Source: a virus (lineage: Duplodnaviria; Caudoviricetes). From it: DNA of 64,000 nt. Shown here in pieces: positions 1 to 8,938 of the stretch. The notes beneath the pieces are model-generated. The model was not told where the DNA came from. It searched no databases and saw nothing but the letters and a program-made list of their open reading frames with translations. How positions within the stretch are numbered: the stretch's first letter is position 1; the number at the start of each line of letters is the position of its first letter. The translations under genes and the position numbers were made by a program. The DNA lies in IMG/VR virus record IMGVR_UViG_3300015608_004761, positions 1 to 64,000 of that record. One strand, 5' to 3'.

Positions 1-252
1 GCGGTGACGCCACACCAGCGCGGCGTCCTTCAAGCCCGCGACCCTGAACAGGTCGTAGGCGAGGACGCAGGCGGCGCGGCGCTTGGAGGGGGTCCACTCG
101 GCGGGCAGCGTCGCGGCGCCCACGTCGGAGACCTGGGCCGGGGTCCACTCCCCGGCCACGTTCTGGATCGCCGAGTGGACGGCGGCCGGGTTCACCCCGG
201 CGGGGTTCGAGGCGGTGGTGGCGGCGGCGGTGGTGTTGGCGGTCGTGGTCAT
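1..252 (-). CDS. Hypothetical protein, 5' part (runs off the window); cargo gene of repeat cassette copy 1
   Basis: ATG at 252 preceded by RBS AGAAGGAGAG; open to position 1: MTTTANTTAAATTASNPAGVNPAAVHSAIQNVAGEWTP...; absent from the ORF track because it has no stop in the window. Confidence 0.7.
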   Translation of the reverse strand, partial: MTTTANTTAAATTASNPAGVNPAAVHSAIQNVAGEWTPAQVSDVGAATLPAEWTPSKRRAACVLAYDLFRVAGLKDAALVWRHR

Positions 253-508
253 GGTCGTCTCTCCTTCTGTGAGGGCCGGTCTGCCCTACACATCCTTTTA
301 CCCGACCGGACCCTCCCTCTTTCTGACCCCTCCCCGTACGCCGTACGGGGGAAAGAAAAGGCCCCAGGGAGCCTTCCCGCGCCCCCTTCCGGCGCGGTGG
401 GTGGTGGGTAGGTCACCGCTTGGGGCAGGAGGCGCCAGGGGCCCACCCCGCCAGGGGGTGTCGGCGGGCGCCGCACGCCTCCTTCTCCAGGTACGCCCCG
501 AAGAGGTG
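249..508. repeat. ~260-bp direct repeat, copy 1 (3' end of small gene + terminator + palindrome + promoter-like motif + RBS/ATG)
   Basis: Near-identical to 9286-9546 by direct comparison. Confidence 0.95.
332..350. promoter_or_regulatory. Inverted repeat CCCCGTAC-GCC-GTACGGGG (candidate operator or hairpin)
   Basis: Perfect 8-bp arms with 3-nt spacer; core recurs at 2411-2427, 9372-9382 and 52407-52418. Confidence 0.5.
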
Positions 509-610
509 CCTCTCCGGGGCGGTCATGGCGGCGTAGGCCCCGAGGGCCGTGACCCCCGTGGAGAGGAGGGCTTCGGCGGCGACGATCACGAGGAGCATGG
601 GGAGCTTCAT
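413..610 (-). CDS. Small membrane or secreted protein
   Basis: Hydrophobic N-terminus MKLPMLLVIVAAEALLSTGVTALGAYAA; C-terminus duplicated at 9451-9561; GGGTATAAG just upstream. Confidence 0.6.
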   Translation of the reverse strand: MKLPMLLVIVAAEALLSTGVTALGAYAAMTAPERHLFGAYLEKEACGARRHPLAGWAPGASCPKR

Positions 611-650
611 ACGGTCTTATACCCGTTCCCCAGCCCCCTACCCTTGGGGC

Positions 651-1085
651 ATGTGGAAGCACCTCGAACCCTGGCTGCCCTTCCTGATCCCCCTCTTCCT
701 GGCCTACGTGTTCTGGCCCTTCATCAGCGCCATCATCACGCTCGCCTTCAGGAAGCGCTCTCCCGAGGAGTGGGAGACCTGGGCTCTGTCCAAGCCCGGC
801 CTCGCCCTCGTGGTCGAGATGTGTAAGGCCAACGGCTGGAACATCGGCAAGAACCTCCAGATCCTCCAGCGCTACGCCCAACGGCGCGCGGGCCAGCTCC
901 CGGACGACATCTGGGGGCGCCTGCCGGTGAGCCCCAACCTGCGCAAGGCCCTGGCCGACCCGCAGATGCGCGCCGCGCTGGAGGCGTTCACGGCCGGCGG
1001 GGTGCGGGGCGAGCTGACGATGCTGGTCGCCGAGGTGTCCGCCGCCCCCGCCAACCCGCCCGCGCCGCCCGCCCCGAGCCCCTGA
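651..1085 (+). CDS. Membrane protein (possible holin-like)
   Basis: Start refined to ATG 651; N-terminal TM segment WLPFLIPLFLAYVFWPFISAIITLAF; TACCCT 6 nt before the ATG; holin role is only a guess. Confidence 0.65.
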   Translation: MWKHLEPWLPFLIPLFLAYVFWPFISAIITLAFRKRSPEEWETWALSKPGLALVVEMCKANGWNIGKNLQILQRYAQRRAGQLPDDIWGRLPVSPNLRKALADPQMRAALEAFTAGGVRGELTMLVAEVSAAPANPPAPPAPSP

Positions 1086-1094
1086 CGCCCCCTC

Positions 1095-2396
1095 CTACTG
1101 CCGCTTCCCGCGCAGGTACTCGAACACCTCGCACGACAGGATCTGGATCGCCTCGACGTGGCTGTGCTGCCCGTCGCTCCCCACGTCGTGGGCGAGCTCG
1201 TGGATCAGCACCGTCAGCGCCTGGGCGAAGGTCTTGAGCGGCTTGCGCCCGAGGTAGATCTTGCCCTCCAGGTGCAGCCCCAGGATCTTCTCGTCGCCGA
1301 ACCGCGCGACGATCGTCCGGGCGGCGACGTCGTGGCCCGTCGAGCGCAGCACGGCCAGGGCCTCGGTGAGGTTGTCCCGCTCGGCCGCTTCGAGCTGGTC
1401 GAGCGAGTACTGCTCGACCACCGACCGGGCGAACTGGCGCTTGATCTCGGCCACGCCCGGCATGCCGCGCCGCAGGGTGTCGACCAGGGCGTCCGGCAGG
1501 AGGACGCCCTTGTAGCCCAGGTGCTCGACGCTCTCGATCTCGGAGGTCGACTTCACCGGCAGGGAGTTCTCGCCGTAGACCTCCTTGAAGTGGGCGACGA
1601 GGCGCGGGACGACGCCCGGCCGGTTGTACCAGGAGAAGCCCGCGAGGTCGTGGGCGCCCGAGCGCAGGGCCTCGAAGAGCTCCTTGGTGAGGTCGTACGT
1701 GTTGAGGGCGGACTCCCAGATGCGCGTCACGTCGCACTGGGCGCTGTCGACGTTGTAGCTGCGGCGGTCGCGGCCGATGTCGAGGTGCTTGAAGTTGTAG
1801 CCGAAGGCGGCGTTGGGCTGGTTCGCGACGAAGACGCCCTTCACGTAGTACTTGCCCACCCGCTCGGGGTCGACGAGGATCGCGCCGTGGTCGGTCTCGT
1901 ACTGCTTGAGCGGGGGCAGGAGCCGCATGAACATCCCCTGGGCCTGCTCCCAGAGCTCGTCCGAGACGTTCCCGACCTCGATCTCCACACCGTTGATGGG
2001 CGTGCGCGCCTTGCGCGTGTAGACCGTGAGGACCGGGATCCCCCGGTCGTCGGGCTCGATCGCGGCGGTCCAGTCCTCGTCGCAGTTGCGCACCGTGACG
2101 GGGGTCTTGGTGCGGGCGAAGACCAGCAGGGCGAGCTTCAGGCCCTCGCCGTACTGCCCGATGAGGCGGCCGTCGCCCTCCTTGGAGGTGCCGCCCAGGT
2201 AGAGCGCCTTCACGTCGAGCTTGGTGCGGTCGTTCCTGACGTACAGGATCTTCTTCCTGCCCTCGTGCCGGACGTTGAGCGGGGCCTGCCGCTCGACCTC
2301 GGCGTCGATGCCGTTCGACAGCACCTCGCGCAGGGCGTCGACCAGCGTCCAGTCGCGGACGTAATCCTCGGTCACCATGTATTGCATCTTGGCCAT
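1095..2396 (-). CDS. GHKL (HATPase_c/MORC-like) ATPase with C-terminal HExxH zincin-like motif
   Basis: Start refined to ATG 2396 (RBS GGAGGAAGG); N-box ALREVLSNGIDA, GGTSK, G2-box IGQYGEGLK; C-terminal LIHELAH. Confidence 0.8.
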   Translation of the reverse strand: MAKMQYMVTEDYVRDWTLVDALREVLSNGIDAEVERQAPLNVRHEGRKKILYVRNDRTKLDVKALYLGGTSKEGDGRLIGQYGEGLKLALLVFARTKTPVTVRNCDEDWTAAIEPDDRGIPVLTVYTRKARTPINGVEIEVGNVSDELWEQAQGMFMRLLPPLKQYETDHGAILVDPERVGKYYVKGVFVANQPNAAFGYNFKHLDIGRDRRSYNVDSAQCDVTRIWESALNTYDLTKELFEALRSGAHDLAGFSWYNRPGVVPRLVAHFKEVYGENSLPVKSTSEIESVEHLGYKGVLLPDALVDTLRRGMPGVAEIKRQFARSVVEQYSLDQLEAAERDNLTEALAVLRSTGHDVAARTIVARFGDEKILGLHLEGKIYLGRKPLKTFAQALTVLIHELAHDVGSDGQHSHVEAIQILSCEVFEYLRGKRQ

Positions 2397-2458
2397 GACG
2401 TGTCCTTCCTCCCGTACGCCGTACGGGGGTTTCTTGGGGAGTTGAACCTTCGGGAGAG

Positions 2459-2935
2459 TTAGAGGGCGGGGATGGGGCGGCGGGAGTTTCGGTCGAGCAC
2501 GACCGCGAAGGCGGCCGTCGCCTGCCCGTAGGAGAGCGGGGTCGATCGGGCGTGGTTCGGGATGCGGGAGCTCACGCAGCGCCCGCTGAAGAAGTAGGCC
2601 GCGACGCGGTTCCAGTTGCCCCGACAGCGTCCGATACCGTCGCGGACGATGACGGCCGCCGTCTCGGCTTGGTCGTGCAGGAGGTTCCCGTTGCAGCGCG
2701 CGACGTCCCGCGCGCAGACGGCTCGCATGACGGGAAGCCAGACGCCGCACGTGCGACCCCTCGCGCGAGGGTCCAGTCCCATGCGCGATTCGCGGGTGCA
2801 GATGGAGCCGAGCAAGGCGGGGGGGACGTGATGGCGTTCGGCCGCCATGACGATCTGTTCAACCGTCGCGATCGGAACCGCGCGGAACAGGCGCGACACG
2901 ATCCACAACGCGTGGAGCAGTTGGAGTGGGGTCAT
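2459..2935 (-). CDS. Lytic transglycosylase (SLT-like)
   Basis: AAERHHVPPALLGSICTRES matches the SLT catalytic-Glu motif; later AAYFFSG; hydrophobic N-terminus. Confidence 0.65.
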   Translation of the reverse strand: MTPLQLLHALWIVSRLFRAVPIATVEQIVMAAERHHVPPALLGSICTRESRMGLDPRARGRTCGVWLPVMRAVCARDVARCNGNLLHDQAETAAVIVRDGIGRCRGNWNRVAAYFFSGRCVSSRIPNHARSTPLSYGQATAAFAVVLDRNSRRPIPAL

Positions 2936-3257
2936 CGGTGTCCTCGTAGGGGGCGTTGGCCTCCTCCACGACGTACCCGTCCTCGACCCTCGCGGGCTGT
3001 CGGTCGTGTCCGCCGGGGAAGAAGGCGTGGAAGGCCAGAAGGAACGTCCCTTCCAGCAGGGGCCTCAGGTCCTCGCGGCAGCGAAGCCTGAGCACGAGAG
3101 CGCCGTCGCGCGGGAACGCCACGGCCTCCAGGGTCGATTGCAGGGGCGTGTAGGGCGTCATCGGGTGGAAGGTCTCCCCTTCCGCTTCCGCAAGACGCAT
3201 CGCCTCCCGCATGGCCCCCGCCCGGAAGCGGAGGAAGAGGTACTCGGAGTGGATCAT
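2859..3257 (-). CDS. Hypothetical protein
   Basis: Fills the gap in the leftward operon; overlaps the SLT gene start by 77 nt. Confidence 0.5.
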   Translation of the reverse strand: MIHSEYLFLRFRAGAMREAMRLAEAEGETFHPMTPYTPLQSTLEAVAFPRDGALVLRLRCREDLRPLLEGTFLLAFHAFFPGGHDRQPARVEDGYVVEEANAPYEDTDDPTPTAPRVVDRVAPVPRGSDRDG

Positions 3258-3270
3258 CGGCCCCGGGCGG

Positions 3271-3654
3271 TTACCCGCCGACGCCGCTCTTGTAGTAGGC
3301 GAACGCCTCGCGCCGCGCGAGCTCCACCTGGACGGGGGAGATCGGTACGTCGTCGGCGTTGTTCACGTTCAACCAGAAGAGCTCGGCGGCGAAGAAGCGC
3401 TCCTGTGGGTTCAGCCGGTACTCGTCCGAGCACATGACGAAGAACGCCATCATGCGCTTGACCACCTCGCCCGAGCGCTCGACGCCGCTCCCCTTGACCT
3501 CCGCACCGAAGCCGAAGGGGTCCTTGGGATCGCGCTCGTCGTCGCGCTCGTCCGCCTGGAGCTGGCCCGTCGCCTCCAGCTCCTTGTACTTCTGGATCAG
3601 GGAGTCGAGCTTGGCGTCCTGACCCTTGACGTACTCGAACTTCTCGACGCTCAC
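3271..3654 (-). CDS. Hypothetical protein
   Basis: GTG 3654 coupled (GTGA) to the upstream stop; MSVEKFEYVKGQDAK..., GC3-rich codons. Confidence 0.7.
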   Translation of the reverse strand: MSVEKFEYVKGQDAKLDSLIQKYKELEATGQLQADERDDERDPKDPFGFGAEVKGSGVERSGEVVKRMMAFFVMCSDEYRLNPQERFFAAELFWLNVNNADDVPISPVQVELARREAFAYYKSGVGG

Positions 3655-3884
3655 GCGCGCACCGCCTTGACGCACTCGCGCACGAGCGACTCCTCGGCAA
3701 CGATGTACGGCTTGGAGATCGCCGCCGTGGTCGTCGGCGCCCCCTCGGGCACGGCCATGCCCGTCGTGGGGTAGACCGACTGCGCCTTGCACCAGCCGAA
3801 GCGGGCGTCTCTGGGGCCTGTCGAGCTACCTGTCTTCTCGCGACCAAAGTGCTTGCAGCCGCCGCAGGGGATCGAGTTGTTCAT
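3651..3884 (-). CDS. Small Cys-rich protein (CxxCxxF...GWC)
   Basis: ATG 3884 coupled (ATGA); MNNSIPCGGCKHF...FGWC...EC. Confidence 0.65.
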   Translation of the reverse strand: MNNSIPCGGCKHFGREKTGSSTGPRDARFGWCKAQSVYPTTGMAVPEGAPTTTAAISKPYIVAEESLVRECVKAVRA

Positions 3885-4339
3885 CCGAGCTCTCGCATGA
3901 GGGTGACGTAGTGCCTGCCCAGGACCTCCCGGGCGGCGGGAGTCTGCACGAACAGGCGCGAGAGCGCCAGTGCGAGCCGGTCCACGAGCATCGCACTCGC
4001 CGCCACCACGTCGCCGCTGGACGCGGCCCCGACGAGCGTGTGGTCGCCCATCGCGAACTCCACGCAAGGGCCCAAGGGCCGCTCCGGCGCGAGGGATAGC
4101 TTCTGCCTCGCGAGCTCCTGCACGAGCTGCGGGTGCGCCTCGACGAGCGCCCCCACGGCCTCCCCGAGGAGCTTCACGGCCACCCCCTTGGCCCTCTCCT
4201 CGGGGAGCTGGATCGGCAGGCGCACGAGGAAGGTGTACTCGCGGCCCTTCACGCGCACGGGCGTCACGCCGGGTTTGGCGCGCTCCTCCTCGGGGGGCTG
4301 CTCGCGCGGGGCCCAGGGGCTGACGATCCCCTTCTTCAC
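3881..4339 (-). CDS. Hypothetical protein
   Basis: GTG 4339 coupled to the upstream stop; MKKGIVSPWAPREQ... Confidence 0.65.
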   Translation of the reverse strand: MKKGIVSPWAPREQPPEEERAKPGVTPVRVKGREYTFLVRLPIQLPEERAKGVAVKLLGEAVGALVEAHPQLVQELARQKLSLAPERPLGPCVEFAMGDHTLVGAASSGDVVAASAMLVDRLALALSRLFVQTPAAREVLGRHYVTLMRELG

Positions 4340-4776
4340 GTGAGCCCCGTCAAGATGAGCGGCCCCTCGCCCCGGGTGAGGTCCCGGTCCTCGCACTTCC
4401 GGTGCCCGTACTCGGTCTCCACCGAGCACTGAACGGCCGGCGCGCCGTTCGAGGGGTCCTTGCCCACGCCCTCCACCTGGAACACGGTGAGGATGCGGTC
4501 GTTCCTGCGGAAGAGCTCCCCGCAGAAGACGCACTGATGGCTCGGGCACTTGCCGGGGATGGGCATGACGATGGCCTCGGGCTTCAACCTGCTACGCGGC
4601 ACCGCCGCGTGCGTGAAGGGCAGACGTGGGTTCGAGCAGCGGGCGTGGGCGGCCTCGGCGTCCTGGTCGACGTACGGCGTACCGTGCCGCACGTCGACCA
4701 CGACCCAAAGCTGAACGATCTTGTCATTGGCCCCGATGGGGCCGCGACAATCCGCGCACGTGTCGAGAGGGATCAC
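4336..4776 (-). CDS. Protein with two tandem CxxC...HxxC Zn-finger units
   Basis: CADC..NDKI..HARC and CVFC..NDRI..HRKC. Confidence 0.7.
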   Translation of the reverse strand: MIPLDTCADCRGPIGANDKIVQLWVVVDVRHGTPYVDQDAEAAHARCSNPRLPFTHAAVPRSRLKPEAIVMPIPGKCPSHQCVFCGELFRRNDRILTVFQVEGVGKDPSNGAPAVQCSVETEYGHRKCEDRDLTRGEGPLILTGLT

Positions 4777-4813
4777 AGAGAGCGAAGCTACCCGGCTCTC
4801 CCGTGTCCGTCCA

Positions 4814-7804
4814 TCAGGTGGGGTTCTTCAGGGCCTCGTCGGCCCAGAAGCGCAGCACCTTCAGGATCCCCACCTTGTCCTCGGTCTGCGGGTGCGGGAT
4901 GAGCCCACGGATCTTGGGCGAGTACGCCTTCTCGCGACCCTTGGCCCGACGGTCGAGCACCGCCACGATGCCCTTGTCGGTTTCGGTGCGGATCACGCGG
5001 CCCGCGCCCTGCTTGAAGTGCATGGCCGCCTCCTGGAAGTCGAAGGCGTCCCAGGCGCGGACCTCGGCGCTCCGCTGGTCGGCGTCCGTGTTCTCCATCA
5101 GGTCCTCGACGTACTTGCGCTTGCGCGCCGTGAGGATCACGTCGCCCCGGTTGGGGAACGGGATGCGCGGGATGATGACGAGGCGCAGGTTGTTGCCCGG
5201 AATGTCGACGCCCTCCCAGTAACTCTGGAGCCCCATGAGCACGCTCTTCTGGGACTCCCGGAACCACTTCACGGTGGACTCGACGCTGCCCGTCGACTGC
5301 ATGCCGAGCCGGTAGGGGAGCGGCGCGAACTTGCGGTAGATCCGGTTGTGCAGGGCCTCCATGTCGTCGCGCGAGGCGCACAGGACGAACGCACCCCCCT
5401 GCGACGCGGTGAGCAGCTCGTGGATCTCCTCGATCATGCGGTCGTAGTAGCCGTCGCCGCGCGTGGACGGGTCGGGCGAGGTCGAGGAGATGTAGAGCGC
5501 GCTCTGCTTGGGGTAGTTGAAGGGCGAGGGCAGGACCTTCTTGATGCGGATCTGGCGCTCGGACAGACCGAACTCGTAGGCCATGTAGCTCATGCCGTTG
5601 GGGGTGGAGAGCGTGGCGCTCGTGACGACCACCTTGCCGATGCCGAGCAGCGCCGGGGCGATGAGGGGCCCGATCTCCAGGGGCGTGACGGTGAGGGACT
5701 TGTCGTTCCCGTCCCGCTTCTCGGAGTACTGGATCCACTCGCTCGCGTCGATGCCGACCTCCAGGACGACCTCGCAGAGCTGGCGCACCTTGCCCAGCAT
5801 CGCGCCCGCCGACTGGAGCTTGGCGCGCTCGCTCGCGGCGAACGAGCCCGCCCCGCCCTGCGGGCCGTCGTCTTCCGAGTCGAGCAGCCCCCTCGATTGC
5901 ATCGCCTCGTGGACGCGCTTGCTCATCGTGTAGAGCTCGGCGAAGTACTTGCGCATGTCGTCGTCCAGGCGCAGCTCGCCCCCTCGCGGCGGCAGCGCCG
6001 TGAAGATCATGTCGTACAGGCGCCCGAACTGCTCGCCCATCTCGAAGTCCGTGTCCTTCAAGATGCGGTTGATGTACTCGGGCTGCCTCGGCGAGAGGTT
6101 CAGCGAGAACGCGTCGCGGAAGAACTTCGGCGCCTTGTGGCCCTCGTCGAGGATCACGGCCTCGTAGGGCCCGAAGAGCTTGCCGCCGCCGAGGGCCAGA
6201 TCGTGCGCGAGCAGCGCGTGGTTCACGATCAGGATCTGCGCCCCCTGCGCGCGGAGCTTGGCGTCGACGTAGGCGCACTCGCCCGCGTGCGGGCAGTGCT
6301 TCTTCACGCACTCGGCGACGCGGGCGTTGTGGACCCACGGGATCGACCATCCGCCCAGGTCGCCGCCGCCGTCGAGCATCCACGCCTCGAAGTCGGCCCT
6401 CTCGTGCGGGGGGATCGAGGCGTACGCCGTACTGGACTGGTACTCCTTCCAGCGCAGGGCGCACGAGTAGTTGCTCTTGCCCTTGAGCAGCGAGTGGCGC
6501 ACGGGGCGCACGAGCGAGGCGAGGCGGGGCAGGTCGTTGGTCGCGAGCTGCTCCTGGAGCCCCTTGGTGGCCGTGGAGATCACGACCCGCTTGTTGCTCA
6601 TCACGGCCGGGAGGCCGTAGGCGTAGGAGTTGTGCGTCACGGTGAAGTCGTCCAGCAGGTACCGCCCGTCTCCGTCGAGGGTGAATCCGTAGAAGTCTTC
6701 CGGCGCGGGCACCGGCACCACGGCGAATCCCGTCCGAAGGACGCTCTTCTTCTGGAGTCGGCAGGCGGCCTGCTTTCGCGGGATGCGGCACGGGACGCGG
6801 TCCACGTCGCCCGAGATTGATACGCGGTAGTAGGTGCCTTCCGCGCCGGTCTGGCAGCTCTTCTTGCACGGCCTCACGTACGCGGCGAGGCCCACGCTGC
6901 GGGCGACGAAGGCGACGTCGTGCGCTAGGCGCGCGGACGCGGAGAGGTAGTCGAAGGTGCCCGAGTGGGTGAGCGATCCGTCCGTGTCGAGGAGGCCCGC
7001 GAGGAGGTGCATCCGCTCGTCCATGTCGGCCCGCTTGTAGCTCTCGGGAATGAACTTCGAGTGGGAGTTCACCCCCAAGAGGCCCAGGTCCGAGAGATCC
7101 GACGTCAGTCCGTTCTTACGCCACGGCGCACCGGACAGGCGGAACGTCATGCAGCCGTTCTTGATGTGTCGCAGGACCAACCGCATGCGGCGCAGACGCA
7201 AGTAGACGTGGAGTGCGTTCACCGTTTCCTGGTCGGCGCTGGTGAAGAGGACACCGCGCGCGGCGTCCCCGGACATGCAGCCGTCCCCGAGCAGTAGCCC
7301 CAGAACGTAGGGGTCGATCGGGAGCGCCCGCGCCTGTCGTGCGAAGTGAGCCGGGGCACGGAAGATCTTCGCGCGAGCCCGATCCTTCGCAGACCACCCG
7401 AGGTAGTCACGCACCGACACGTCGATCTCCTCATCCGTGTCGGTCATGACGACGGTGAGGACGTGGTCCTCGTTCACCCGCCACGAGGATCCCTTGACGG
7501 GGACGATGTCCACCATCGGGCCGTGGCCCGTGTTCGTGGAGATCACGCGCCGGGGAGTCCCGTCGGGGCCCATCAGGAGCATGTTCACCACCACGGCCTC
7601 GACGGCGCACACCTCGCCGGAGTAGAGGAGGATGCCTTGGCCGCGCGCGTGGCACTTGCCCGTGCCGGTTCCCGCTTCGAGGAACCCGATGCCGCCGTTC
7701 TCCAAGATGTCGGCGATGTCTTCCGCCATCTCGGTCTGTGAGGGCCTGACCGAACGGATCAGGCCGAGTTGAGGGTTGGTGAGCCAGTCACGAAGAGTTG
7801 TCAC
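4814..7804 (-). CDS. dinG: DinG/YoaA-family ATP-dependent DNA helicase, intein-containing
   Basis: Q-motif RPSQTEMA, EAGTGTGK|S, ISTATKGLQEQL, LKGKSNYSC with Fe-S cysteines, ILDEGH, TSATL, WEGVDIPG, QGAGRVIR; start refined to GTG 7804 (RBS GGAGG). Confidence 0.9.
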   Translation of the reverse strand: MTTLRDWLTNPQLGLIRSVRPSQTEMAEDIADILENGGIGFLEAGTGTGKCHARGQGILLYSGEVCAVEAVVVNMLLMGPDGTPRRVISTNTGHGPMVDIVPVKGSSWRVNEDHVLTVVMTDTDEEIDVSVRDYLGWSAKDRARAKIFRAPAHFARQARALPIDPYVLGLLLGDGCMSGDAARGVLFTSADQETVNALHVYLRLRRMRLVLRHIKNGCMTFRLSGAPWRKNGLTSDLSDLGLLGVNSHSKFIPESYKRADMDERMHLLAGLLDTDGSLTHSGTFDYLSASARLAHDVAFVARSVGLAAYVRPCKKSCQTGAEGTYYRVSISGDVDRVPCRIPRKQAACRLQKKSVLRTGFAVVPVPAPEDFYGFTLDGDGRYLLDDFTVTHNSYAYGLPAVMSNKRVVISTATKGLQEQLATNDLPRLASLVRPVRHSLLKGKSNYSCALRWKEYQSSTAYASIPPHERADFEAWMLDGGGDLGGWSIPWVHNARVAECVKKHCPHAGECAYVDAKLRAQGAQILIVNHALLAHDLALGGGKLFGPYEAVILDEGHKAPKFFRDAFSLNLSPRQPEYINRILKDTDFEMGEQFGRLYDMIFTALPPRGGELRLDDDMRKYFAELYTMSKRVHEAMQSRGLLDSEDDGPQGGAGSFAASERAKLQSAGAMLGKVRQLCEVVLEVGIDASEWIQYSEKRDGNDKSLTVTPLEIGPLIAPALLGIGKVVVTSATLSTPNGMSYMAYEFGLSERQIRIKKVLPSPFNYPKQSALYISSTSPDPSTRGDGYYDRMIEEIHELLTASQGGAFVLCASRDDMEALHNRIYRKFAPLPYRLGMQSTGSVESTVKWFRESQKSVLMGLQSYWEGVDIPGNNLRLVIIPRIPFPNRGDVILTARKRKYVEDLMENTDADQRSAEVRAWDAFDFQEAAMHFKQGAGRVIRTETDKGIVAVLDRRAKGREKAYSPKIRGLIPHPQTEDKVGILKVLRFWADEALKNPT
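6629..7654 (-). mobile_element. Intein with LAGLIDADG homing endonuclease in DinG Walker A (342 aa)
   Basis: Begins CHARGQ, ends VTHN followed by Ser; LGLLLGDG and LLAGLLDTDG motifs. Confidence 0.92.
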
Positions 7805-7858
7805 GGGAGACCTCCGGGGATAAAACCAAGCCCTCATACCACGAGGGAAGGCGATTCC

Positions 7859-8461
7859 ATGACCGACAGCATCAAGACCCCGGGCGGCTACAAGAGCGAC
7901 GAGGAGCTCCTCGCGATGATGGAGGAGGGCAAGAAGCCCGAGCCGACTCCGGGGCCCGCCCCGGCGCCGTCACCGGCCCAGCCCGGCGAGGCCCAGGCCG
8001 GCCCCGAGAAGCCGCTCACCTGGGAGGAGCGGATCAAGCTCGCGGGCCTCAACGAGGATCAGGCGTTCAAGATCCTCGACTCCATCCTCGCCAACGGCTA
8101 TTACGAGCACTCCTTCTCGCTCTACGGCGGGCGCATGACCGTGAAGCTGCGCAGCCGCGACGGCGCCCACCGGCAGCGCGTGGCCGACGCCCTGGACCAG
8201 CTCCGCACCAACGACCCGCGCGTGCACGGGCAGACCATGAGCCGCCTCTTCTTGGCCGGCTCGCTCGTCTCCTACGGCCCAAAGACCATGCCCATGGCCG
8301 AAGGCGGGGACTCGCTCGCAGTGTCCAAGGCGTTCGAGGAGCGACTGAAGTTCATCGACTCACTACCCGACCCGATGATCGACACGCTCTATGGCCTGAG
8401 CGCGCAGTTCGACGGCTGGGTCTTCGCCGCGCTCTCCAACGGAGCCCCCTCCGGTTTTTGA
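7859..8461 (+). CDS. Putative tail assembly chaperone (gpG-like)
   Basis: Upstream of the tape measure gene; ends GGT TTT TGA slippery site; start refined to ATG 7859. Confidence 0.65.
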   Translation: MTDSIKTPGGYKSDEELLAMMEEGKKPEPTPGPAPAPSPAQPGEAQAGPEKPLTWEERIKLAGLNEDQAFKILDSILANGYYEHSFSLYGGRMTVKLRSRDGAHRQRVADALDQLRTNDPRVHGQTMSRLFLAGSLVSYGPKTMPMAEGGDSLAVSKAFEERLKFIDSLPDPMIDTLYGLSAQFDGWVFAALSNGAPSGF

Positions 8462-8874
8462 GTCGCCCGTCGGGTGGCGTGAGGGCGCGGGCGCTCGCGG
8501 CGGGCGTCCCACTCCCCCCGTCGGGCTCGTTCCGCGACGCCGTGATGCAGGAGGTGCTCTTCCGGGAGCGGAACCTCCGGCACGCCGAGATCTCCACGGT
8601 GGTCGAGCTCCTCTCGGGGATCGGCCACTACGTGATCGACCTTTTGCCCGTGACGGACGGGGCGGTGCTCCAGCGCCGCCACGACAAGTGGATGGCGCTC
8701 GTCGTGGACAAGCTGAAGGACTTCGAGTCCGAGCTCTACCAGGAGCGCTACCTGGAGAAGAACATCCGCGCCGAGGCCGAGCGCGAGCGGAAGAAGCGGC
8801 TGCACGACCTCGACATGAAGGGCCGCGACGAGCGGGCGATGCGCAAAGTGGCTCTGTTTTCCAAGGACGGTTGA
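8455..8874 (+). CDS. Putative tail chaperone extension (gpT-like) reached by -1 frameshift
   Basis: The -1 frame is open across the slippery site: FLSRPSGGVRARALAAGVPLPP...KVALFSKDG. Confidence 0.6.
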   Translation, partial: FLSRPSGGVRARALAAGVPLPPSGSFRDAVMQEVLFRERNLRHAEISTVVELLSGIGHYVIDLLPVTDGAVLQRRHDKWMALVVDKLKDFESELYQERYLEKNIRAEAERERKKRLHDLDMKGRDERAMRKVALFSKDG

Positions 8875-8897
8875 GGGCCACACGAAGAGAGGCCGAT

Positions 8898-8929
8898 GCC
8901 CCGGACCTCCCTCTCGGGAGATCCGGGGC
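8898..8929 (-). terminator. Stem-loop between convergent genes
   Basis: Minus strand GCCCCGGATCTCCC-GAGA-GGGAGGTCCGGGGC (GNRA loop). Confidence 0.65.
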
Positions 8930-8938
8930 TCTGTTCCG

